A DNA stretch of 64,000 nucleotides from assembly GCA_946625575.1 (NCBI GenBank), contig CAMOTD010000006.1, positions 16,251 to 80,250 on the forward strand. Direction: 5' to 3'. The DNA is from an uncultured Clostridia bacterium. GTDB lineage: Bacteria > Bacillota > Clostridia > Christensenellales > CAG-138. The stretch's first letter is position 1; each line of letters opens with the position of its first letter. The translations under genes were made by a program, and so were the position numbers. Below are positions 10,432 through 17,962 of the stretch, one piece after another. The notes under the pieces are model-generated. The model made no database searches, was not told where the DNA came from, and saw nothing but the letters and a program-made list of their open reading frames with translations.

Positions 10432-10632
10432 AAATTTTCGCCTTCCCGCGAAAAAGCAAAATGTCCGAATCTTTAACAGCGGAGCTGTTAAAGTATAATT
10501 TCCGCCTTCCCGCGAAAAAGCAAAATGTCCGAATCTTTAACAGCGGAGCTGTTAAAGTATAATTTCCGCCTTCTCGCGGAAAAGCAAAATGTCCGAATCT
10601 TTAACGGCTGAGAGCCGTTAAAGTAAAATATC
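10432..10632. repeat. head-to-tail tandem repeat, 64-bp unit, 3 copies, each with a 10-bp-stem hairpin
   Basis: CCTTC(C/T)CGCG starts at 10441, 10505 and 10569. The hairpin CTTTAACAGC-GGA-GCTGTTAAAG lies at 10471-10493 and 10535-10557. The variant CTTTAACGGC-TGAGA-GCCGTTAAAG lies at 10599-10623 and overlaps the atpF stop codon. Confidence 0.9.
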
Positions 10633-10929
10633 CGCCCCGATCGCTTTCTCGACGTTCTCCCTCACGCTGCGCATTGCGGCGCCGGTCGTGCCCCTGCTGT
10701 CGGGGATGGGGATTATTGCGGGGAAGGCGCTCGACCTGTACTTTGAAACGGTCTGCGCCGCCGCCTCGAACACGGGCTCGGTTATGAATATCACCTTTGT
10801 GTTCCCGGCGGCAAGCTTATCTATCAGCTTGCCCGCGGCATGTCCGTCGGTCTCGAAATACACGTCGAGCCCTGCGGCTCTTCCGAGCAGCACGGAATCC
10901 TTATCGCCTATCATTGCTATATCAGCCAT
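10618..10929 (-). CDS. atpF: V/A-type ATP synthase subunit F
   Basis: 103 aa. The sequence IAMIGDKDSVLLGRAAGLDVY...VIFITE is typical of subunit F. It overlaps the atpC stop. Confidence 0.85.
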   Translation of the reverse strand: MADIAMIGDKDSVLLGRAAGLDVYFETDGHAAGKLIDKLAAGNTKVIFITEPVFEAAAQTVSKYRSSAFPAIIPIPDSRGTTGAAMRSVRENVEKAIGADILL

Positions 10930-11920
10930 AAAGCGCCATGCTCCTTTCCTCGATCACGGACGCGGGAATGCCGCTCCTCTTTGCGGTCAATATGAGCCTT
11001 ACGACCTCCGCCTCCCTCTCCCTTGCGAGGAGATACCCAACTATGGGCGCGGGGGTGTCGATATCGGATCTGTTGCCGGAGGCGAGCCCGATAAGATACT
11101 CGTCCCTTGCCTTTTCGACGGGGGCAACGGCGCCCGTCTTCAAATACTCGCTGAACGCGGCGCGGATGCGCTCCTTTACTTCGCTGATCTCAAGCGGGCT
11201 TTTGAGCAGAGCCGCCGCCTTCTCCTTCGAATCGGAAAGCGCCTCGCGAAAGCGCTTAAGCTCCGCCGCCGAGTATTCGCCCGTGGGAAGCAGCCTTTCG
11301 TCCGGCACGTCACGGAGTATCGCGATCAGGTTCGTAAAATCGGCGAGCGCGGAAAAGTACTTCTTTACAAACTGGTTTTTGAGCCCCATGGCGTATTTCA
11401 TATACGCGCAGTCAAGCTTTACCGAGACCGCCTGCGGATCGGCGGAACGGTACGTGTCGACGTCAAGCTCCTCGAGCGCCGCGGCGATCGTCTTCGGCAG
11501 CATGGAATAATCGCCCTTTTTGACGGCGGCTTTAAGCTTCTCCCCGTCATAGATACCGCCGAAGCCGAGCTCCGCCTTGTCAAGCTCCGCGCCCAAGAGA
11601 CGCAGCTTGTAGAGAAGCTTTATGTTCGTGATATCATGCCGCATACGGAAGACCTCGAGCACCGGGGCAAAGTGCCTCGGCATGAGCTCCTCCGTTACAG
11701 AGTATGCCTCGCCGAGCTCCGCGCGGATCATCGCCTCCGCCCGATCCGGCTCATCGGGATCGGACTTCATGCCATAGCCGGACTCCGAGAGTATCTTCAA
11801 ACACTCCTCGTAGTCCTTCGCGGCGGCAAGGCGGGAGACCGTCTCTCTCGTAAGGAGGCGTTTCTCTATAACGCGCAGTCTCGCTATGCTGTTTATAAGG
11901 CTTTCAGCCATAGTTCGCAC
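10922..11920 (-). CDS. atpC: V/A-type ATP synthase subunit C (d-type)
   Basis: 332 aa helical protein in the canonical operon position between E and F. Confidence 0.8.
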   Translation of the reverse strand: MRTMAESLINSIARLRVIEKRLLTRETVSRLAAAKDYEECLKILSESGYGMKSDPDEPDRAEAMIRAELGEAYSVTEELMPRHFAPVLEVFRMRHDITNIKLLYKLRLLGAELDKAELGFGGIYDGEKLKAAVKKGDYSMLPKTIAAALEELDVDTYRSADPQAVSVKLDCAYMKYAMGLKNQFVKKYFSALADFTNLIAILRDVPDERLLPTGEYSAAELKRFREALSDSKEKAAALLKSPLEISEVKERIRAAFSEYLKTGAVAPVEKARDEYLIGLASGNRSDIDTPAPIVGYLLAREREAEVVRLILTAKRSGIPASVIEERSMALYG

Positions 11921-11925
11921 CTTGA

Positions 11926-12504
11926 TCAGTTAAACAGAAGCTCCGCGGCCTTTGCGGAGGTAAGCTGGCGAACTTCCTCCATGAGCGCGTCGAAGGAGCA
12001 GTTCTTGACGTAGTTCGAGCCCTTAATTATAAACCCGTCGGTTATCGAGGGATCGGCTTCGCCCACGCTGACGCCGGAAACGGCGCCGCCTTCGATCAGC
12101 GCGCGGACGGTCTCCAGATCCTTTTCGGCGGGGCAGACGGTCTCGCCGCCCTCGCACTCGCGCTCCAAGAGGCGCTTTAACAGGGCTGCGCGCCCCTCGC
12201 CGTCAAGCGCGGCGATGCGCTTATATGCCTTCGCATACGCCTCGTCAATGAGGGCGCGCTTGCGGACGAGCAGACGCTTCCTGCCCGTGAGCTCGGCGTT
12301 CGTCCTTGCCGTGGCGAGCGTGAGCTCCCTCTGGCGGGACGCCTTTTGGGTAAATTCGTCACGCAGGGCTTCCTTATCCGCCTCGAGCTTCTGCCTGACG
12401 GCGTTGATATCCTCCGTCGACTTCCACTCGATAGCCGCGGCGTCGGCGCGCGCTTCCTCCATTATGCTGGCTATGAGCTTTTCGGCTCCGTTATTGGTAT
12501 CCAT
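11926..12504 (-). CDS. atpE: V/A-type ATP synthase subunit E
   Basis: 192 aa with a charged coiled-coil N-terminus and a globular C-terminus, in the canonical position after K. Confidence 0.8.
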   Translation of the reverse strand: MDTNNGAEKLIASIMEEARADAAAIEWKSTEDINAVRQKLEADKEALRDEFTQKASRQRELTLATARTNAELTGRKRLLVRKRALIDEAYAKAYKRIAALDGEGRAALLKRLLERECEGGETVCPAEKDLETVRALIEGGAVSGVSVGEADPSITDGFIIKGSNYVKNCSFDALMEEVRQLTSAKAAELLFN

Positions 12505-12513
12505 ATTTCACTA

Positions 12514-13107
12514 TCAGGCGTTTACGGGAACGCCGACGACCATCAGTATGGAAATGATCAGCGCAAGTATCGCGTAGAGCTCTACCATGATGGCGAAGGT
12601 GATACCCATGCCGCCGTTGCCCTGCTTTGCCACGATGCCGATGCCCGCGCAGCAGACGCGGGACTGGAAGTAGGCAGAAACGAGACCGACGACGCCGATG
12701 GGAAGACTCGCATAGAAGAAGCTGCGTCCGAGCTCCGTGGAGAGCTGCATAACACTGCCGTTCAGTATGCCGCTGAACACCGCGATGAACATCGCGATAA
12801 CGAAGCCGTAAAGACCCTGCGTTGCGGGAAGAAGCTCAAAAATCAGGCAGCTGCCGCCCTTTTCGGGATCCTCCGCAGACACGCCCGCCGCTGCGCGGCC
12901 TGCCATGCCAACGCCGAGAGCGGAACCGATGCCGGGGAGTATCATGGCGACGCAGACCGCTATCGCAGCCCAGATATAGCCCGAGGGACCCTTGGGGGCT
13001 TCCGCGCCGATGGTGGGTGCGCCCTCTTCCGCAAATACGGCGCCGCACACGGTGAGCGCGAGCAGGGCAATGATTACGACGGCTGCAAACTTCTTGATCT
13101 TTTTCAT
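12514..13107 (-). CDS. atpK: V/A-type ATP synthase proteolipid subunit K, with extra N-terminal hydrophobic segment
   Basis: LLPATQGLYGFVIAMF and MVELYAILALIISILMV closely resemble, from memory, Enterococcus hirae NtpK (LLPGTQGLYGFVIAF, MVETYAILGFVISFLLV). About 40 additional N-terminal residues include a signal-like helix. Confidence 0.85.
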   Translation of the reverse strand: MKKIKKFAAVVIIALLALTVCGAVFAEEGAPTIGAEAPKGPSGYIWAAIAVCVAMILPGIGSALGVGMAGRAAAGVSAEDPEKGGSCLIFELLPATQGLYGFVIAMFIAVFSGILNGSVMQLSTELGRSFFYASLPIGVVGLVSAYFQSRVCCAGIGIVAKQGNGGMGITFAIMVELYAILALIISILMVVGVPVNA

Positions 13108-13133
13108 AGTAGACTCCTTTTTGGTGTGAAAAA

Positions 13134-15077
13134 TTATTTGACGTTATTGTATTTTGTATCTATACCGAGGGGGCTGAAAAGCTTGCCGCCCGGAGTATAA
13201 AAGCGGTTATAGTATTCGATGAACTGAAGCCTCGCGCAGTGTATGAACGCGCCGAGGGCGTTTATCGCCACGCAGAACACGTGCAGTATAACGAGGAGCA
13301 CCGCCGCGACGAGGAAGCTTACGACTCCGCCGACCACGGGAATGCCCTTCAGCATATCCTTCGCGATGCCGGCGACCAGGTTGAACGCGCTGCCCATAGC
13401 GCCGGTCGCAAGACCCAGGGCGAACACACGCGAATAGCTCAGCACGTCGGAGAGGAAGCCGGTGATGTCATACAGCTTGCCGAGTCCGCCTATCACGCGG
13501 CCGACGCCCTTCTTTGCCCTGCCGCCGAATCCGACGAGGAGGATCACTCCCACACCGATGAGCCCGAAGGCGATATAGCGAAGGTTCCCCTTGAGCAGGA
13601 ACACGAGCCCCGCTCCGGCGAATATGATCAGCCAGGAGCCGATATCGAACAGCGCCGTCTGCCAGTCGCCCCGTTTAATATGAAGGACTATCGACACGAT
13701 CATTCCGACTATGATCTGCCCGAAGCCGAGCGCGCAGTACGCGATGATCGCGGTCATCTGATCCTTCATCGGATCGATCAGCGGGAAGGGGAAGCTCTCG
13801 CCGAAGAGGTCATACCAGTTCATGCCGAAGCAGGTGCCAGCCAAAAGACCGAATACCATGGTGGAAAGCCCGCCCCAGAAGAGTATCTTCGCGACCTGTT
13901 CCGTGCCCTTCTTCGGCTTCTTGAGCTTCAGGAAGAGCGCTGCGCCGATGCTCATAACAAGGCCGTAGCCCGTATCGCCCATCATGAGTCCGAAGAACAG
14001 GAGATAGAACGGCGTCATGACGACGGTGGGATCGAAGCCCCTCGGGTCGGGGGGCGAATACATATTCGTAATAAACTCGAACGGAGCGAAGAACTTGCTG
14101 TTCTTGCAGTACGTGGGCGGCTGCTCTTCGTCATAAGGATCGCGGATCTCAAGATAATGGACTCCCGCGTTCTCGTTAACGATCGCTTCAAGCTTATCCG
14201 CCTCATCCGAGCGGACCCAGCCGTTAAGCAGGAAGGTCTCCCTCGTGGCGAAAAGCTCGCATCTCGCCTGCGCGCGGTTCTGCTCGATAAGCGCGCCGTC
14301 AAGACCTTTTTTGAGCTCCTCCGCCTTTTCTCCGAGCGCCGCGATCGCCTTTGAAAGCTCTTCGTTTTTCAGTTCGAGCGAAGCCGCCTCGCTCTCGAGC
14401 AGAGCGTAATTATCCGCCGCGAGCCCCTCGTATTCGGGGAGCGAAGCCTCCGAAAAGCCGGCTGAATGGAGGCTCGCAAGAGTCTCCTCCCGCGAGGCGT
14501 TCGGTATCGCGGCGAGTATCGGCGTCTTCTGCCCCTCGGTGGGATACGCCTCGTAAACCACGCCCGCTTCATCAAGCGCGCCGAGCTTTTCGGGCTTTAT
14601 GAGCCCCAGCACAAAGCCCGCCGTTTTTGTGGGACGGATCTCGTCGAGGGGGATAGAAACGCCCTTGAACGGACGAAGCGCCTTCAGCGCCGCGGCGGTC
14701 TTCTCCTTGTCGTTCTTGACCTGATTGAGCTCCTTCTGGAGCCCTTCAAGCTCCTCGGCTATCACGATCGCGCCGGGCACGGACCCGATCAGCTCATCCT
14801 CCGAGCACTCGGGCGGCGCTTCAAGCAGACCGGGCTTTTTAAGATACGGATTAAGGCGACTTAAAGCCGCCTTGATACGCTGAACGGTATTGTTTTTTTC
14901 GGCAAGCTCGCTCTCGCAGCCGGACCTGAAAAGACCCGAAGCCTCGCCTAAAGAGGCGGGGCCTTCAGCCTCCGAGCGCTCTATCTGAACTACCCCGTTA
15001 TTCTGAAGCGCTTTCATCACGCGCCGTTCGTCCGTCTTGAGACCGAACAGCGATATGTGCTTCATAGGTACGATCAT
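13134..15077 (-). CDS. atpI: V/A-type ATP synthase subunit I (a-type stator)
   Basis: 647 aa. The cytoplasmic N-terminal half is followed by multiple C-terminal TM helices. MKHISLFGL is a typical N-terminus. Confidence 0.88.
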   Translation of the reverse strand: MIVPMKHISLFGLKTDERRVMKALQNNGVVQIERSEAEGPASLGEASGLFRSGCESELAEKNNTVQRIKAALSRLNPYLKKPGLLEAPPECSEDELIGSVPGAIVIAEELEGLQKELNQVKNDKEKTAAALKALRPFKGVSIPLDEIRPTKTAGFVLGLIKPEKLGALDEAGVVYEAYPTEGQKTPILAAIPNASREETLASLHSAGFSEASLPEYEGLAADNYALLESEAASLELKNEELSKAIAALGEKAEELKKGLDGALIEQNRAQARCELFATRETFLLNGWVRSDEADKLEAIVNENAGVHYLEIRDPYDEEQPPTYCKNSKFFAPFEFITNMYSPPDPRGFDPTVVMTPFYLLFFGLMMGDTGYGLVMSIGAALFLKLKKPKKGTEQVAKILFWGGLSTMVFGLLAGTCFGMNWYDLFGESFPFPLIDPMKDQMTAIIAYCALGFGQIIVGMIVSIVLHIKRGDWQTALFDIGSWLIIFAGAGLVFLLKGNLRYIAFGLIGVGVILLVGFGGRAKKGVGRVIGGLGKLYDITGFLSDVLSYSRVFALGLATGAMGSAFNLVAGIAKDMLKGIPVVGGVVSFLVAAVLLVILHVFCVAINALGAFIHCARLQFIEYYNRFYTPGGKLFSPLGIDTKYNNVK

Positions 15078-15092
15078 CGCGTTTTCTCCCGA

Positions 15093-15407
15093 TCAGAATT
15101 CCTTTAGAATATAGTTTACGATCGCTTCCTCCGCCTCGGGAAGCCTGGCAGACGCGCCGGTGATGAGGGCTTCCGCCTCCTCCGCGCTCTTCACAAGCAG
15201 CCTCTCGGCTTCGCCGGAGGCTTCCTTCTCCGCCATGGCGGCGGCAAGGGCGAGCCCCGCCTTGGCCTCCTCCCGCGCGATCTTGAGGGAAGCGGCGGCT
15301 TCATCCTCCGCGGCGGCAAGGGCGTTCCTTGCGGTCTCCTGCGCGTTCCTGCGCAGCGCTTCGGCGTCAGCCTCGGCGGCTGCGATACGCTCAATTATCG
15401 TAGGCAT
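15093..15407 (-). CDS. V/A-type ATP synthase small stalk subunit (G/H-like)
   Basis: 104-aa Ala/Glu-rich helical protein. It is the first gene of the operon, 15 nt upstream of atpI. Confidence 0.6.
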   Translation of the reverse strand: MPTIIERIAAAEADAEALRRNAQETARNALAAAEDEAAASLKIAREEAKAGLALAAAMAEKEASGEAERLLVKSAEEAEALITGASARLPEAEEAIVNYILKEF

Positions 15408-15465
15408 TTAATACAAGTTCCTTCCGATGATTCGGGCGGCGAACGCGCCCGTTTTGCTGTTTAAC

Positions 15466-15494
15466 ATTATACCATCCGAGCCGGACGATTGCAA
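15466..15494 (-). promoter_or_regulatory. sigma-A-like promoter of the V-ATPase operon
   Basis: Read on the minus strand: TTGCAA (15489-15494), 17-nt spacer, TGG-TATAAT (-10 at 15466-15471). It lies about 60 nt upstream of the first ATG. Confidence 0.5.
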
Positions 15495-15563
15495 GTAAAA
15501 TGGGCGTAAAAAATAGTTTGGAGAATATTGCGGATCGGAGCCGAACAATGTATAATTCATCAT

Positions 15564-16469
15564 ATGAAGAAGCATGGCTTGAGATCGACTCTGCTGCCGG
15601 TATTTACGGCGCTTATATGGGGCACGGCGTTCGTTGCGCAGGACGTCTGCGCCGAGGACGTGCCGCCCATGGCGTTCAACGCGATACGCTTTTTTATCGC
15701 GGTGCTTTTTCTTGCCGCCGTAAAGCTCGTGATAGGGCTCTTCAAAAAGAAAAAAGCCCCCTCCGCGGAGGAAAGACCGTCCGTAAAGAAGCTCATCCTC
15801 GCCGGGGCGCTCTGCGGCGCGGCGCTGTGCGTCGCCTCGAACCTTCAGCAGGCGGGCATGCACTGGGGCACCGAGGCGGGCAAATCCGGCTTCATCACCG
15901 CGCTTTACGTGGTGCTCGTGCCGATCGGCGGACTGCTCCTCAAAAGGAGGATCCGTCCGATATTCTGGTTCGCAGTTGCGCTCGCCGTCGCGGGGCTGTA
16001 CCTTCTCTGCCTCCACGGGAGCTTCAAATTCGCCCCGGGAGACCTTCTGACGCTCCTCTGCGCCGCCGCGTTCACCGTACAGATACTGCTTATCGACCGT
16101 TTTGCCGGGGAGCTTGACCCGATCCTTTTCTGCATCGCAGAGTTCCTCACCGCGGCGATCCTGTCGGCGGTCGGCATGCTGGTCTTCGAGAAGCCCGAGA
16201 CCGCTCCGATCCTCGCGCACGCCCTGCCGATACTGTACGTTGCGATTTTCTCCTGCGGGGTGGCGTACCTTCTGCAGATAATCGCCCAGCGGGACGGCGA
16301 CCCCACGGTCGTATCGATACTTTTCAGCCTCGAGGCGGTGTTCTCCGTTATCGCGAGCGCGATAATTCTCCATCAAAGGATGAGCGCCCGTGAATACGCG
16401 GGCTGCGCGCTTCTTTTTGCCGCCGTGCTCATCGCCCAGCTGCCCGAAAAAAAGACAGGCGGAAAATAG
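15564..16469 (+). CDS. EamA/DMT family transporter
   Basis: Ten predicted helices. The N-terminus LLPVFTALIWGTAFVAQ is typical of EamA proteins. The start is uncertain: ATG at 15564 is preferred, and the track ORF begins at TTG 15528. Confidence 0.75.
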   Translation: MKKHGLRSTLLPVFTALIWGTAFVAQDVCAEDVPPMAFNAIRFFIAVLFLAAVKLVIGLFKKKKAPSAEERPSVKKLILAGALCGAALCVASNLQQAGMHWGTEAGKSGFITALYVVLVPIGGLLLKRRIRPIFWFAVALAVAGLYLLCLHGSFKFAPGDLLTLLCAAAFTVQILLIDRFAGELDPILFCIAEFLTAAILSAVGMLVFEKPETAPILAHALPILYVAIFSCGVAYLLQIIAQRDGDPTVVSILFSLEAVFSVIASAIILHQRMSAREYAGCALLFAAVLIAQLPEKKTGGK

Positions 16470-16530
16470 CCGACAACCGATAAAAAAGCCGTTTTGAGAA
16501 AACTCAAAACGGCTTTTTTGATCCAAATTA

Positions 16531-17958
16531 TTACGGCATTACTCCTTCGAACCTCGTATCGAAATCCTCTCCGTCGGGAGTGACGGTGAGCGTGTATTCC
16601 GTGCCAAGATCCGTCTCGTGCTTGTCGGAATAGATAAGCAGCTGTCCGCAGCGCGTATCGATATACGCGGCGTTATCCCACAATTTCTCATATCCGATGC
16701 CCGAGGAACGGTAAAGCCCGTCCCCGTTGCGGCTGATATAAATGCAGTATTTGCCTATGACTGCCATTTCCCTGACGCCGCTGTCCGTAAGGCGCGGTTT
16801 TTTGCCCGTCTTTGCGCAATACAGATCGCCCAGTTCATCCAGATACCAGAAATGCGAACCGTCCGAAGAGAACTCGTAGTCGGCGGCGATGCCGGCGATC
16901 TTTGACGCCTTATTCCCCACGCCGTTCAGGTAAAGGGCGCCGTCCGCGCTCCAGAGCACGTGCTGCCCGTCGTGCGAGACCTTGTACGATTCGGCGTCGC
17001 CGACGATCTCCGACGCGCCGCCGTCCTTGTCTATGCGGACTATATCGTACAGATACCCGCTGTCCGTCTTCGTCCTCAAAAGCCAGAGCCCGTTGGTGAA
17101 CGAATCGACGTCGTTTATATAGGCGTAGAGCGTGATTATGCTCCTGCTGTAAACGTCGGTCTTGAGCGGGAAGCCGAAGCCCTTGCCGAGCTCTGTGTCA
17201 AAGCCGTCGCTGAGGCGGAAAAGGCGGTTGATCTTGTCGCCGGTGATATAGACGACCTCGCTGAGATCGCGGGTGAAATTATAGCTTGAAAGCGAGTCGC
17301 ACTCGGTGGAGATGACCCTGTCCTCCCCGCCCTTCCTCACGGTGAACGCGCCTGAATCCGTGTCAAAATAATAAATGATATCCGCGTCGTCGGAAACGGC
17401 GATCACGATCGCTGTCTTATCCTCCAGAACAGGGGTCAGACTGCCGTCCTTATAGAGCTTTGAACTGTATCCGAAGCCGTCTCCGGGATAGGAGGCGGTG
17501 AATGCCGCGCATTTGCTCGAGGGGGAAACGGCGAGCTGCACAAGGGAATCGAGCCCCTCTTCGACCGTTCTGACGCTGTCGTCCGCTGCGGAATAGACCT
17601 TCAGCGCTCCGTCCTGGAGGAAGAACGCGGTACTGCCGTCAAAGGATATCTCGGCGTCCGTGACGCCGATGCCGAAGGGTACCGTACCTGCTTCGGAAAC
17701 GTAATAAACGCTCGACCTTACCCATGCAAGGCAGGCTTTGCCGTCTGCGGAGATGTCGATCTGCGCCACGCCCTCCGCTTCGCCGTCCAGGAGCGCGCCG
17801 TTAAGCACGAAGCGGGACCTGCCGGTTTCCGCGGAATAGACCCTCGCGATGTTGGAATCGAGCTTGGGTCCCGTTTCAACGCCGCTGCTGCATGAAGCCA
17901 ACGAGAAAAGCGTCAGCGCCGCCAGCAAACAAATGAAAGCCTTTTTTGCGTTTCTCAT
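16531..17958 (-). CDS. lipoprotein, repeat-rich (beta-propeller-like), unknown function
   Basis: Lipobox LFSLASC. Recurrent S-x-DG / Y-Y-V motifs occur throughout. It is a paralogue of the upstream gene (YNFTRDLSEVVY versus LEFNRDLTEVTF). Confidence 0.5.
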   Translation of the reverse strand: MRNAKKAFICLLAALTLFSLASCSSGVETGPKLDSNIARVYSAETGRSRFVLNGALLDGEAEGVAQIDISADGKACLAWVRSSVYYVSEAGTVPFGIGVTDAEISFDGSTAFFLQDGALKVYSAADDSVRTVEEGLDSLVQLAVSPSSKCAAFTASYPGDGFGYSSKLYKDGSLTPVLEDKTAIVIAVSDDADIIYYFDTDSGAFTVRKGGEDRVISTECDSLSSYNFTRDLSEVVYITGDKINRLFRLSDGFDTELGKGFGFPLKTDVYSRSIITLYAYINDVDSFTNGLWLLRTKTDSGYLYDIVRIDKDGGASEIVGDAESYKVSHDGQHVLWSADGALYLNGVGNKASKIAGIAADYEFSSDGSHFWYLDELGDLYCAKTGKKPRLTDSGVREMAVIGKYCIYISRNGDGLYRSSGIGYEKLWDNAAYIDTRCGQLLIYSDKHETDLGTEYTLTVTPDGEDFDTRFEGVMP

Positions 17959-17962
17959 ATGA

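Noticed and set aside
10033-10562. Three + strand ORFs (147, 134 and 66 aa) running through the atpF-atpA repeat block with repeating peptides such as [16 protein letters not shown].
   Set aside because: They are open only because the 48-bp period is a multiple of 3. They have no RBS, all three frames are open at once, and they are antisense to the operon. I treat the region as non-coding repeat DNA.
10247-10632. Possibility that the repeat block is a CRISPR array.
   Set aside because: The units abut head to tail with no unique spacers. The unit lengths and two interleaved families do not fit repeat-spacer architecture. No cas genes are nearby.
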